Assembly (NCBI RefSeq): GCF_001194135.2
Contig: NC_068985.1
Span: forward strand, 96,169,240 to 96,233,239
Direction of reading: 5' to 3'
Length of the DNA stretch: 64,000 bases
DNA from: Octopus bimaculoides
Taxonomy: Eukaryota
Shown here: one piece after another, positions 13,646 through 26,137 of the stretch
Layout of the letters: each line of letters opens with the position of its first letter
Position numbering within the stretch: the stretch's first letter is position 1
Notes under the pieces: generated by a model
The model's input: only the letters and a program-made list of their open reading frames with translations
Database searches by the model: none
What the model was told of the DNA's origin: nothing
Position numbers and translations under genes: made by a program

Positions 13646-13789
13646 GAGATACACACACACACACACACACACACACACTTATACATATGCACACACATAT
13701 ACATATATGTAATATAAACATAAACATACACCTGCATAAATACAATATATATGTATGTATGCATGTATATATACACACACCTGCATACA

Positions 13790-13827
<38 letters not shown>

Positions 13828-14365
13828 CATAAACAAGAAAATATGGGCCCAAAGAGTGAAAGAAATTAAACAGAACTAGGTTTATAGACATAAATATCAA
13901 TTTGTCAAATTATCTGTAACTCAGTGAAAGCATGTAAGTTGTTCGTATCAAGAATCAAAAGATTTCTGCCAAAATCCAGGGTATGCTAACTTTGTTGGCA
14001 AGATTCATTTTTAAAAAATACCTTCCTCGCATTTCTTTTTCTCACCTGGCAAAATAATGTGGCATCTGTTGCAGGGGCAACCTATTGGCTAAATACCAAA
14101 ATGAGAAATATATATCATTTCAATTGTTACTAAAAATGTTTTCATGTAGTTGTAAGGTGCCTTTGTTACAAAGGCTTCATACTTTAGTTACCTTTAATAC
14201 AGCCTGTATGTGAAGGGAAGAGCTGTCACAAAGTTCTTTGTTTTTTTTCCATTTGTTTTCTATTTTTTTTTAACAATATATTTTACTGGTGGAATACTAT
14301 ACATTTCAATGTAGGAAACACAGAGAAAATAAATGGAAAATAAGCATGATTTTTTTTTCTAGTGT

Positions 14366-14412
<47 letters not shown>

Positions 14413-15167
14413 GATAGAGATCTGTGTGTACAGGAAGATATGCCTTTGAAAGGTACAACTCCTGAAGATGTTAGATTCTTAATAACATCAAACTCCAGCT
14501 GTGAGATCACTGTTTCTAGTATCAATCAATTAGTATTGATTTGACAGGTAATTAATACAACACCTTTATGTACAGTCTGATTTGGCATAGTTTTCTATGT
14601 CTGGATGCCTTTTCTAACGTCAACCACTCTAAGAGTGTAATGGGTGTTTTTACGTGACACCAGTATCTTCCACGACTGCAATTTTGCTCAGCTTGATGGG
14701 TCTTCTTCGGGCAAAATCGCAGTCATGGCAGATACTGCTGTCACGCAAATGGCACCCATGCCAGTGGCTGTGTATATATATATATATATNNNNNNNNNNN
14801 NNNNNNNNNNNNNNNNNNNNNNNNNNNNNNNNNNNNNNNNNNNNNNNNNNNNNNNNNNNNNNNNNNNNNNNNNNNNNNNNNNNNNNNNNNNNNNNNNNNN
14901 NNNNNNNNNNNNNNNNNNNNNNNNNNNNNNNNNNNNNNNNNNNNNNNNNNNNNNNNGTGATTTTAAATTTGAATTTCTCTGAAAATATCACAAGCTTATT
15001 TTCACAATAATACACATTACTTTAAATGAAAGTACACAAGCAAGAATCTTGACTGTTCAAATCGATATTAAATAAACAATATTAAAAAAATTACTGAGTT
15101 GTAAAATGGTTAATATATCCATGTATTATAAGCAAGACTGGATGACATATTTTAATGCTGGTTTCAA

Positions 15168-15572
15168 ATTTTGGCACAAGGCCAGCAACTCTAGAGAAGT
15201 GAGTAAGTCAATTACATCACCCCCAATGCTTGACTGGTACTTATTGACCCCAAAAGGATGAAAGGCAAAGTTGACTTTGGCAGAATTTGAACTCGGAATG
15301 TAAAGACAAAAGAAATTCCACTGAGCACTTTGCTTGGTATGCTGATGATTCTGCCAGCTTGTTGCCTGATCCCTGCATTACAATATAAGTTACAAATTTT
15401 GGCACAGGGATAGTGGTTTTGGGGGAGGGGGAAAGCTGGTTATATCAACCCCGGTGCTCAACTGGTACTTATTTTATCAACCCTGAAAAGACGAAAGGCA
15501 AAGCTGACCTCAATGGAATTTGAACTCAAAACATAAAGACGGACAAAATGCTGCTAAACACTGTGCTTGGCA
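15168..15572 (-). mobile_element. Two stacked SINE family B copies
   Basis: Two successive aaattttggcaca...caactggtactt...ggatgaaaggcaaag...aatttgaactc units. Confidence 0.8.
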
Positions 15573-15958
15573 TTCATTTATTCTTTTGTTTGTTTCAGTC
15601 ATTTAACTGTGGTCATGCTGGAGCACTGCCTTTTAGTCAAAGAAATCGACCTCAAGACTTATTCTTTGCAAGCCTAATACTTATTCTATCGGTCTCTTTT
15701 GCTGAACCAGTAAGTCATAGAGACATAAACACACCACAAGCGATGGTGGGGGGACAAACACAGACACACAAACATACACACACACACATATATATATAGA
15801 CACAATGGGCTTCTTTCAGTTTTCGTCTACCAAATCCACTCACAAGGCTCTGGTCGGCCTGAGGCTATACTAGAAGACATTTGCCCAAGGTGTTTCGCAG
15901 TGGGACTGAACCCAGAACCATGTGGTTGGGAAGCAAGCTTCTTACCACACAGCCATGG
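15572..15958 (-). mobile_element. SINE family A, full length
   Basis: Reverse complement of the family consensus, ending cttaccacacagcca. Confidence 0.88.
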
Positions 15959-15969
15959 AACCAGCTTAC

Positions 15970-16021
15970 CTCCTCATTCACATTTAATATTGAAAACTTT
16001 TCTTTTACAAAACTGTTGTGC
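15970..16021 (-). CDS. Candidate small coding exon (phase 2-0), product unknown
   Basis: Acceptor gagtttctgcag, strong donor GAG|gtaagc. Only one frame is open: HNSFVKEKFSILNVNEE. Confidence 0.28.
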
Positions 16022-16914
16022 CTGCAGAAACTCTGTAATATACTTATCAAAAACCGATAGACTGTAACTGACCTTTATTTGTGCACAAACAACAAATGTT
16101 AATAAGTCTTTCTTCACATAACAGCATCAAATGCTATATAACTTAATTCTTGCCAAGTTAAAACATTCACATTGATGCCTATTATAAAATAATTAGTAAT
16201 ATAATTCCAATAATCAGAAATTAAAAAGAAAAAAACAAAGTACATCAACTACTTGCTTCAGAAAAAATCCAAACTTTAAAGAGATTAGTTAATATTGCAC
16301 TAGTACTAAAGCTATAGTTTATTATTTCACCAAGTTACTAAATACAAAATGATTTTTTGATAATTTTTTTTTTTTTGTGATTTTTGTTCATTCTTTCGTT
16401 CTCTCTCTCTTTCTCTCTCAAAGTATTCCACAGAAAGTAATTTAAGAATAGTTGTGAATATTTTCCAAAACATCTGGTAATGATCATCTGTTCAACTTCA
16501 ATGATTGTAAAACGATGAGGATAAATCTGTTTCATGGTGCTTTTAGATAAGATGCAAGTGATACCTACCATTCATCAACAGGCCAGATACTAAAACTTTG
16601 CCAATTACATGTGATTGTTCAGTTTTTACCATTATGGTCTTCAGCCATTTAGGACAGCCACTCAGCAATAATGTTAAAACTCGCTATCTACGATTATCAA
16701 CTATTCTTAGCATAAGCCAAGTTCAAAAGCAATTACATAAATGACTTTCTGGGACTTTTAAATAATTTACTGCTTAATTTTCGAAAATCTCAGAATATAT
16801 GGTTTTGCATTCAACTAAAGGTTATCATCATCCAGATTGATACTGAGGTATGTGAGCATGTGTGTGTATGTGTGTGTGTGAGTGCATGGATGTAGTTAAG
16901 AATTTATTAGTATT

Positions 16915-17059
16915 CTTTAACTCTTTTACTTGTTTCAGTCTTTTGACTGCGGCCATGCTGGAGCACTGCCTTTAGTCAAATAAATTGACCCCAGGACTTA
17001 TTTTTTGTAAGCCTAGTACTTATTCGATGGTCAGGGGACAAGCACAGACACACAAATGT

Positions 17060-17097
<38 letters not shown>

Positions 17098-17252
17098 GAT
17101 GGGCTTCTTTCAGTTTCCGTCTACCAAATCCACACACAAGGCTTTGGTTGGCCCAAGGCTCTAGTGAAAGACACTAACTGAAGGTGCCACGCAGTGGGAC
17201 TGAACCCTGAACCATGTGGTTGGGAAGCAAACTTCTTACCACACAGCCACAC
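16915..17252 (-). mobile_element. SINE family A with internal deletion
   Basis: ctcttttacttgtttcagtc...cttcttaccacacagccac; the middle segment after ttattcgatgg is missing. Confidence 0.85.
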
Positions 17253-17645
17253 ATGCAGATTTCATTTCATAAATCTCTCTCCCCGCCACACACACACAAA
17301 AGCATACATACACACACACACATACAAATATGAGCACACATCTAAATAAACATTTGTTAGTATATTTTTTATTATATTTGTTCTGTAATTATTGATGTCT
17401 GTTTTGTTAGTCTTAGTTCCATGTGTCCCCATGATCAGCATCCCAAGACCTATTATTATCTATTTATTGCTGTTTATCCTTTTACCATGACAGTGTGTGG
17501 AATTGCTTTGTTGGAGCAATTGTCATTACAGCTGGATGCCCTCCCAACTGTTAATCGCTCAATGATAAAATAAAACAGTTCTATATTTAAGAGATGAGGA
17601 ATTATGTACATTCGACGGATATTTGTCCCCATCTTGTTTGTTGTT

Positions 17646-17691
17646 AACGCAACGTTTTTTCTGATATACCCTCCAGCCTTCATCAGGTGTC
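17646..17691 (-). ncRNA. Minimal type I hammerhead ribozyme motif (decayed mirror copy)
   Basis: Reverse complement gacacCTGATGAaggctggagggtatatcagaaaaaacgttgcgtt retains CUGAUGA, the palindromic AACGTT helix III and the GUU triplet. The ccG before AAA is replaced by A residues. Confidence 0.55.
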
Positions 17692-17995
17692 TTGGAGAAA
17701 TTTTGAACCTGGGTTCTCATTCCTAAGGTATTTTTCTATATTATTATTATTCAGATCACTGCCTGGAATCAAACTTGGAATCTTGGGGTTAGTAGCCTGC
17801 GCTCTTAACCACTACACCATATGCCTGTGGACGTCTACGGGCATATGGTGTAGTGGTTAAGAGCATGGGCTACTAACCCCAAGATCCCGAGTTTGATTCC
17901 AAGCAGGGACCTGAACAACAACAACAACAACAATAATAATAAAAACATCGAAAAATACCTTAGGAATGAGAACCCAGGTTCGAAATTTCCCCAAG

Positions 17996-18039
17996 ACACC
18001 TGATGAAGGCTGGAGGGTATATCAGCTGAAACATTGTGT
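17996..18039 (+). ncRNA. Minimal type I hammerhead ribozyme motif (decayed copy)
   Basis: acac-CTGATGA-a-ggctg(loop)cagct-GAAA-c-att-gtgt: stem I acac/gtgt, stem II ggctg/cagct, core CUGAUGA and GAAA. The consensus triplet GUU is here AUU. Confidence 0.65.
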
Positions 18040-18769
18040 TAACAACAAACAAGATGAGGACAAATATCCATCAATTGTAAATAATGTAAACAATGATAAA
18101 ATAAGTATTGAATTCCTATTGCCAGCAAGGTATATCAAAGAATTTGGGGTTATAGACCTTGTCTCAAGAAACTGCGAAAACGAGCCAATGGAGAAACCTC
18201 TATGCAGAAGCACGATCAGCTGGAATAACTGTTAAATCTCACTCTAATCATACTTTACCATCTTAAGGACAAAAAGGACATTTTGATAATGTAATCCTAG
18301 ATAGCCCTAAAAGACAAGTTGATCAAGACTGGATTGCTTTTGATCACGGCCAACTTGGGATTAAACAAATGTGAAAATAGCTGCATTTATATGGTTTGAA
18401 TTCTTTTGAAATTGAATAAAGTTTGACTCAAACATTAAGCAATATTTGATACAATGCAGAAAAAAAGGAAGTGACAGTTATTGGAAAAAACAAATATGTT
18501 CAATATTTCAACTGGAGAAAGAAGTTGACAAAGAAAGGTGGAACAGAAGATTGAACATAAAGATTTATTGTTTCTAGTTTAATAAGCAGAATTCTGATTT
18601 CATATTTTACCTATTCACTGCCCCTTTGAAAACAAAATAAATTTCAGTGACACTTGATGTAAGATTGCATTCACTGCAATATGGCTTTGGACGAAATGAA
18701 AATAAACTAGTATTACACATAAAAATACATAAAAGAAAATAAAGAATATAAAGGACAGCTGTGTAAAGA

Positions 18770-19147
18770 AGTGCCAATCTCTAACTGTGGAGGGATCTGT
18801 GGAAGAGGTACACTAAGGAAGATGTGGGATGAAGTGGTGAAATATGATCTTCGGATGTTGAGCCTCACAGGTGATGACAAAATGTCCAAGACTTCGGGTG
18901 ATTTGCTGTGCTTGAAAAGATACGTCAAACTAAGTGAAATTGTGCCAGTGACACATGAAAGACACCCATGTTGGTGACACGAGAAACACCCAGTACACTG
19001 TGGAGTGACTAGAATTAGGAAGGGCATCCAGCCATAGAAACCATGCCAAAACAGACTGGAGCCTGGTGCAGCTGTCTGACTTACCATTTCCAGTCAAACT
19101 GTCTTACCAATGCCAGCATGGAAAACGAATGCTAAATGATGATGATA
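18770..19147 (+). mobile_element. 5'-truncated RTE LINE 3' end, degenerate
   Basis: GICGRGTLRKMWDEVVKYDLRMLSLT (decayed RGRPRKTW region), one UTR module and tail atgccagcatggaaaacgaatgctaaatgatgatga. Confidence 0.8.
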
Positions 19148-20724
19148 AAAATGTTATCAGTTAATTATCCTGAAATACAAATTCATAAAACACAGCATTC
19201 AGGTATGTTTGCATTTAGAATACTCTGTGTTGTTTAGTAACAACTCTTTATGTTCTAAGCTTCAAGTCCCATGAAGTGACGATAGTCTTTCATCCTCCTG
19301 GGGTCAATATATTCACCTGTATTCCTATTGTTAAAAGTATGGCCTTCAGCCTATGTTAGAACATATATAAAGCTTATGTTTTAAATGCTAAATTCAACAG
19401 TTTTATTTTTTTTCAAAGGTCAGTTCTACAAATAACTGAACATAATTAGAACATGTAATTATAAAATAATGACATAACAGCATTAGTTAATTTCAGTCAA
19501 AATTTTCAGTTAGATAACAATATAATTATAAGAATTGCCATCTGTTTGAAATGCCATAGATAAACATGTTGCATGCAAAATAACTAGGCTAAAAAGCAGA
19601 GTAGAACTTTTGGCCAACATCACACAATTACTTGAAGAGAACATTTAAAAGAGTTTGTATCTTTTTTTTTTTTCAAGAAATTAATAAATTAACATGAGAA
19701 ATTGCCAGTTTTACAGATTTCTAAAAGGTATTTTGGCTTAAATATACGGAAATATTTTTTTTAGTATACTTGTTTTCAGATATTTTTTATTTCTATTTTC
19801 CACAAAGCAAAGCTACCAGAATAAAATGTACTAGTCTTCCATATTATTTACCTTTCATAACAACACAAAATTTGTATTTCATATTTCTTCTGTATTAACT
19901 TAATAGCAAGGCAGTTGAAGTATTTTGATTAGCAACAAAGCTCTCTTCTCCATAAGTTTTCTTCATTACATTCATTGCCAGAAAACTCTCAAAGCTATTT
20001 ACTATTTTCACAAGGCAGGTAAGGCAGCCTTGATTACACAGAATACACAAAAATTACATTAAGTCGTTACACACATGCCCACTAGATGGAAATATAAACA
20101 GATACACCTTGCCTCGGTAAATTCAACTGACGTAGCTTGAATAGATACAACAACAATTAATATGCCAAAACTAAACCCAAGAAAGACAAAGTTTGTCTCT
20201 CAAAACAAAAGAACTATAAGTATCATATGTATAAGTTATAGGTTCAAATAACACATTTTATGTTTGGCACCTTTGGTATCAACATTCCAAAGTAAAGAGA
20301 GAGATAACAGAACTCTAACGTTGAAATTTAGATAAAGCTAAATATTTTTATAGCCATTAGCCTCATTAAAATATATCCTTAAAAATGTCTTCAACAATAG
20401 TGTTCATGCATTTGTTTTCAGCCTGCTGAGAGGTAATGAATTGATCTGAAAGCGAACAAAATATTGATGTAGAAAACAGACTTAATTTCACAGTAGAATA
20501 GCTAACAGACAGGACATAGTTAATTATACAAAAGATACAAGTAACAGTTTAAGAGATGCAGATTCACTGCTTCAGTTGGTTGCTAAGAATTAGAAAATCT
20601 GGAAAATCCAGTGACTAAGAAGCTATTGTTAAGACACTTTGACTAAACAGCAGAGAAACAACAACAATGTAACATCTGGTGCATTATAAATTGACCTAAA
20701 TTTAATGCATGGCTATCATGTCAT

Positions 20725-20726
<2 letters not shown>

Positions 20727-20781
<55 letters not shown>

Positions 20782-20802
20782 GTATGCATGTATGTATATA
20801 TA
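20727..20802. repeat. (CA)n followed by (TA/TG)n microsatellite
   Basis: Directly visible. Confidence 0.9.
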
Positions 20803-21477
20803 TCTTGCTCTTCTAATTCAATAAACACAAGAATATCATACTGCTAAAAGGAGACCCATCTCTCATATCTTCAACTATTTAGTCACATATCTAACACAAT
20901 GTATTCTCCTAACAAGCTAGGTCTCAAGACACTCAAAGACTGCCTCCCATCACAGACTTTTTAATTCTTTCCTGATTCAGTTATTCTTAGAGTATTTTCT
21001 CTTCCATAATATCATCTCCAGTAAGAAAAGAATAAACATGATTCTCAGTTATTCTACCATCATAAATGAACTTTAATTCCTTAACATAAGCAAACAAACT
21101 TGTGCTCCCTATTCACAGTTGCAATTATGCTCTCATTCTCTTCCTAATGTTTCATAAATTCATTCTCCTGTTTATATATTCATTCACCTTAGAAAGAGAT
21201 ATACAGTTAATTGATTGGTCACCAGTAACATATATATAGATAATAGCAATGTCCCTTCATTTATTAACTTTATTTAATATATATATATCACTTTCCAACC
21301 ACATTCCCTCTTCTAAATTCTGAGTAGTTGCATTACTCCTCTACAGCATGAAACCCATTCTGTTTCAGCAATTTTCTCTCTACTCCTTATTCTCTTATCA
21401 TAAAGTTCAAGTGATATAGAAGAGGATAATGTGTGTGTGTGTGCATGCACGCACGTGCATGTGTGCTTAAGATTATT

Positions 21478-21975
21478 ACCATCATTTAACATCCATGTTT
21501 CATGCCGGCATAAGTTGGATAGTTTGATGAGAACTGATGAGCCCAAGGACAGGGTTTGTTTGGCATAGTTTCTATGGCTGTACTGGCTGTGTTCTTTCAT
21601 ACTGCCAGCTTTAGTGAGGTTGCCACGCATCTTACAAGAGTACAAACTCTGAGAAAGGAGAGAGAACTTTATGCTTTGTTGTAAATGAACACTGACATAA
21701 CACATTCAACAGAGCATGCTAGCATTCTTTCTTTCAAACTTTTACATGTCCTCTGAATTCACAGCCCATGTCTCACTGCCATGTAGCTTAGCTGTTGGTA
21801 CAAAGGCATAATACAATCTGCCTTTCAGTCTGAGGGAGAGAGGTCCTTTGTTACCAACAAAAGCAGCAGCTCTGAACTTTGCCCAGCTGGTTCTTATTCT
21901 AGCAACCATGCTTTCAGAGCATCCTCCTCCACTGCTTGTTTGGTCATTCCTAGGTACCAGATACTATCTACACTC
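21478..21975 (-). mobile_element. RTE-clade LINE 3' fragment (post-RT region plus tail), degenerate
   Basis: Minus strand resembles YLG...SSGGGCSES..ARIR..WAKF...LKGRLY....LHGSETWAV; tail catgaaacatggatgttaaatgatg at the left end. Confidence 0.75.
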
Positions 21976-22289
21976 TTTAACCCTTTACCATTTAAATGGG
22001 CCATATCCAGCCAAAATTACAGAAATTTTCAGTGGTCTTTCTGTAACTGGAGTGCAACTGTCTGCAACACATAAAGATTCCCTCCAGTCAAATCTTAAAG
22101 GAAACGAGCCATGGGAAGATAAACTATGAACGTTTTTCTAAAACCATGGGCAAGATTTTGGTGGTGAACAGTCATACCATAACTGGTGACGAACTTACAA
22201 CATCAATGATGATGGAATGGGATTTTTTATTTTTTTTTTTATTTTTAACTTGATGGAATAAACTCAGTAACATTATTATTATCAAACCA

Positions 22290-22470
22290 AAGGCGGTGAG
22301 CAGGCAAAATCATTAGCTCATCAGATGCAATGCTTCGTGGTATTTCGTCTGCCTTCAAGTTCTGAGTTCAAATTCCACAGAGGTTAATGTTGCCTTTCAT
22401 ACTTTCAGGGTCGATAAAACAAGCACCAGTTGAGCACTGGAGTTGATGCAATCATCTATCCCCCTCCTCA
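22290..22470 (+). mobile_element. SINE family B
   Basis: aaggcggtgagcaggcaaaatcattagc...ctgagttcaaattcc...gcctttcatactttcagggtcgataaaacaagcaccag. Confidence 0.8.
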
Positions 22471-23121
22471 TGTAACATATTTGTTGTAGATCCAATCTCA
22501 GGGCAAGTTGTAGTCAAGAGAGTTAATTTATAATTATCCATCTCAATCATATAAATGAGAAGCGATGAAGCATTCTTCTTTAATTATCAGATGTCATTGC
22601 TTTAAATTTCCTTCTCTATAGGCATAGGTCAACTGCTGGAAGTTACCATAGTCATTAGTCACCTTCTGCATCCAGCCAATGTTAAAGGCCATCTTGAGCA
22701 TCAAAGTGTAGCAGCTTTTAAAGGACTATTATAAAAGCTTCAAGAAAGGTAGTACCAACATACTTAACGTAGTGGACATCAAAGAATGTAATTACAAGTA
22801 CATATCTGGTGAGGAAGATTAAATTAGCTCAATAATATTATTTTAATTGTTTTAGTAAATATGGGACAACCCTGGATATTTTTCAGTTTGACTAATTAAC
22901 TTCAGAGATTCATTTACTATGTTAATTTTCACATCTAAATGTTTATGATATTGCATATCTAATTATTCCCTTATCATTTGTTTTGAAAGTATTATGAAGG
23001 TTTTGTTTCAACTAAGAGATCTAACGAGACCAAAACATATTCAGAATTGTTGCCCATCCTTGTTGTAGTAATTAGAATAATATTAGTCCTGAACTAATGT
23101 ATTTTCCTCACTATAAACATA

Positions 23122-23500
23122 GGCATGGCTGTGTGATAAGAAGTTTGTGTTCCAACCACATGGTTCATGGTTAAGTCTCTCTGCGTGGCACCTTGGGCAA
23201 GTGTCTTCTACTATAGCCTCAGGTTAACCAAAGCGTTGTGAATAGATATGGTAGATAGAAACAAAAAGAAGCCTGTCACATATGTGTGTGTGGTGTATCT
23301 CCTACCATTGCTTGACCATTGTTGTTGCTGTGTATATATTCCATAACTTATCAGTTCAGCAAAAGAGACCGATAGAATAAATAACAAACTGAAGAAAATA
23401 AGAACTGGGGATCAATGTATTCAACTAAAATTCTTCAAGGCAGTGACTCAGCATGGCTGCCATCTAAATGACTGAAACATGTAAAAGATAAAAGATATAA
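23122..23500 (+). mobile_element. SINE family A, older copy
   Basis: aggcatggctgtgtgataagaagtttg...gactgaaacatgtaaaagataaaagata. Confidence 0.82.
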
Positions 23501-24896
23501 ACATTTCTATTTAAATGTTTAATGCTTTCTGCGTTGAATATGCCAACACTAACTTAACTATAGTTTTTCACGCAGATGGCACCTCTAAGTAATTAACCTC
23601 AAAGACTTATAAAACTTCTCAACTATTAAAAAGATAAGAGAAAACTGAGTTTCATTTACTATTTAATCTTTATAATGTATTATTGGAGGACAGATATTTA
23701 TAAATATCATATTTTCTAACATTATATTTCTTCTTCATATATCCTTCATCTAAGATTAAACTCAGACATAAAATTTCAACATGATTATCCATGTTACCTC
23801 AGTGCAAACAATGCACACTGCTCCAGTGGAGAAATCTGTACTCGTAATTTGCAGTTGGTACATCTCCAAACATTGCCTGTGTAACTATTTTAAGACACTG
23901 AAAGAAAACTGCACGTTATAGTTATTTTAGGTTGCAAAGCCTGAATCTAAATGTAATTGTTTAGATCCAAGTTAGCTCTGACTGAATAGACCTATGAGCA
24001 TAGGGTACGCCAGCCACGACCCTCCCATATGTTTTTTTTTTTAGCCACAGGGCACCTAGAATCACACTACCTAATGTCTTCCTTTCTAAGACAGTATGTA
24101 GGGTGATGAGCTGGAGAGATTTGGCTGCTATTTCTGTTACCTCTCAAAGCTAAGTTATGTACGGACTATAGTATAAATATTCTCAAAGATTTATAATAGT
24201 GGATATAAGTACTTAAGGATTAGATAATGGAAGCCACATCGTTAAAAAAAAACTTTCGATAAAAAATTAACTTTTTTCTCATAGGAAATAAAGTATAGAT
24301 AGTCATTTGTGACATAACTGTATCAAGCTTTATTAGGCAATTGATGCCTGAAATGAATTCTCTTACACTTTGTATGGGGCTTCTAATATAGTTTATCATA
24401 ACAAACTCACATATCTTTTTGACATTCTGTTTAGTGATTATACCTATTATGTCTTTGCTAATACTGAAATATTTAATTTTGACATTTCTACATAATAAAA
24501 TGTCTAAAAGATTTAAGTTACACTGACAACTAGACAATGCACGGTCAGTTAATATAAATAACATTAAAGTTAGTTATTGCTGTTTATATAATTATACTGA
24601 GGAAATAACAGTGCAGTTATTGAGAATACTTCATAGTGATTGAGTTAAAGTGTCATCTGAAACATTATGTTGTTAGAATACCTGAATGGACATATAGAAG
24701 CACCTAAAAGAGAGATTAAATTTCACCCGTTAACTAGCATGATGCTACGTATGAGTATGCAGAATAAAAGGAATGCATTTTATTACTGACATTAGATTGA
24801 GGATAATGTTTGTGATATTCAGCTGTTAAAGTCATAAGATAGACACAAGGAAAAGTAAATCTGTTTTAAAAGAAAATACATCATCTTTATGATTAC

Positions 24897-25058
24897 TTGC
24901 TGAGCTCAACATGACACTGACACCATACACGTAAAACTGTTAAATTACACAACAGTAATATAACTGTTGAATTATGCAACAGATTGCTACACTGCTTAAA
25001 GAGCTCCACTAAGCAATTATACATAATCTTCTCAATTTGTGCTATGATCAGCTTGCTT
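24897..25058 (-). CDS. Candidate coding exon (phase 2-2), product unknown, possibly divergent HSF2BP armadillo region
   Basis: Acceptor tatttgtttcag, donor AA|gtaatc; 162 nt open: SKLIIAQIEKIMYNCLVELFKQCSNLLHNSTVILLLCNLTVLRVWCQCHVELS. Only weak resemblance to human ...QCTKLKVLMLMSLYNVSI. Confidence 0.3.
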
Positions 25059-26088
25059 CTGAAACAAATAATATTAACCCTAATTTACTTATGATATCAA
25101 TTTTCAATTTATTCTTTTCTAATCCAGTTAAAAAATTCATTAAACGATATGTGACAATGTAGTAAGACGTGTAACAAAAGTAAACACGGAAACTGGTGAA
25201 GATCTGTGTCAACAGAAATTCATTCATTAAAGTTTTAAAAAAGTTTATATATTCTCAAAACAGAGTGCTAAAAATGTTGGGCTAGGTTCTTTATCAGAGA
25301 AAAAAAGAGACTCCACCCAGAATTTTACAATCCTTTTCTCATTACAACACACAAATTTATTTCATTTTATGAACTTTATTGACCTGTAGTAAAAGTTTCC
25401 TAATAAGTCAGTTCTGCAAGTCATTATGGTTCTTCCAAAACACTGCATATTTAATTAGTCGCATGGGAGGAAGTTTTAAACACAAATTTCATACCAGAAG
25501 ACCAATTGGTAATTTATTGAAGATGGATCAAAATTACAGTGAGATTAACTGTAGACACTTTGTTATTAGAAGCAAATTTTAGCTTTTGATGTGTATTTGG
25601 CTATTAATATAATTAAGAAACATTAAGTATAGTCAGTCCAGTGAAGCTTTTAATTTTTAATGCTCTGATAGCAAAATTATTTACATTTTCTCCTTTTTAA
25701 AATTCTTTCTTTTTTTTTGTCGTTTTAGAAACAAAAAAAAAATATTAAAAAATGTAAGATAAAAGAGGTTTCAAAACACACTTTTAAAGAACTTATTTCA
25801 GTGATCTTTTAGTGCAAACCACAACAGAAAATTGCAGACAGATGATTGGGAACAGAAGGATTGTCTGCTGTTTCCTAGATTTAAACATCAACAATCATGT
25901 AACACTAAACAAAACATAACAAATTAAATAATGTTATGACTAAAATGATCAAAAAGTTTAATAAAACGCAACATCAATTAAGTAATATATATGGCTTATA
26001 TGTATAATGTGTACATGTTAAAGCAGAAACTAGAAACTACACAGCAGTGATTTTACAAAACAGTGCAGTTGATAAGGAATAAGCTAAC

Positions 26089-26089
<1 letters not shown>

Positions 26090-26135
<46 letters not shown>
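26090..26135 (+). repeat. Poly(A) run, about 46 nt
   Basis: Directly visible. Confidence 0.95.

Positions 26136-26137
<2 letters not shown>

Larger units (their letters stand above)
17573..18092. mobile_element. Palindromic head-to-head dimer of a tRNA-headed SINE-like unit carrying a Penelope-type minimal hammerhead motif
   Basis: Arms are reverse complements about the centre gcctgtgg-acgt-ctacgggc (17831-17834). Each arm has A-box tggtgtagtgg, B-box-like gagtttgattcc, an (aac/aat)n tract and a CTGATGA...AAAC motif. Confidence 0.8.

Noticed and set aside
14362-14548. Exon-like ORFs on both strands (EDMPLKGTTPEDVRF... and ILETVISQLEFDVIK...)
   Set aside because: The plus-strand AG-GT segment has stops in all frames; the minus frame is closed by TGA just upstream and lacks a canonical donor.
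17838-17910. tRNA-like sequence with loop ctactaa, and similar heads in SINEs A and C
   Set aside because: Acceptor and anticodon stems are not intact and each head is fused to a repeat body; these are SINE heads, not tRNA genes.
21530-21560. Other CTGATGA words (21.5, 30.5, 32.9, 50.9 kb) checked as hammerheads or C boxes
   Set aside because: No stem II plus GAAA or matching D-box structure follows them.
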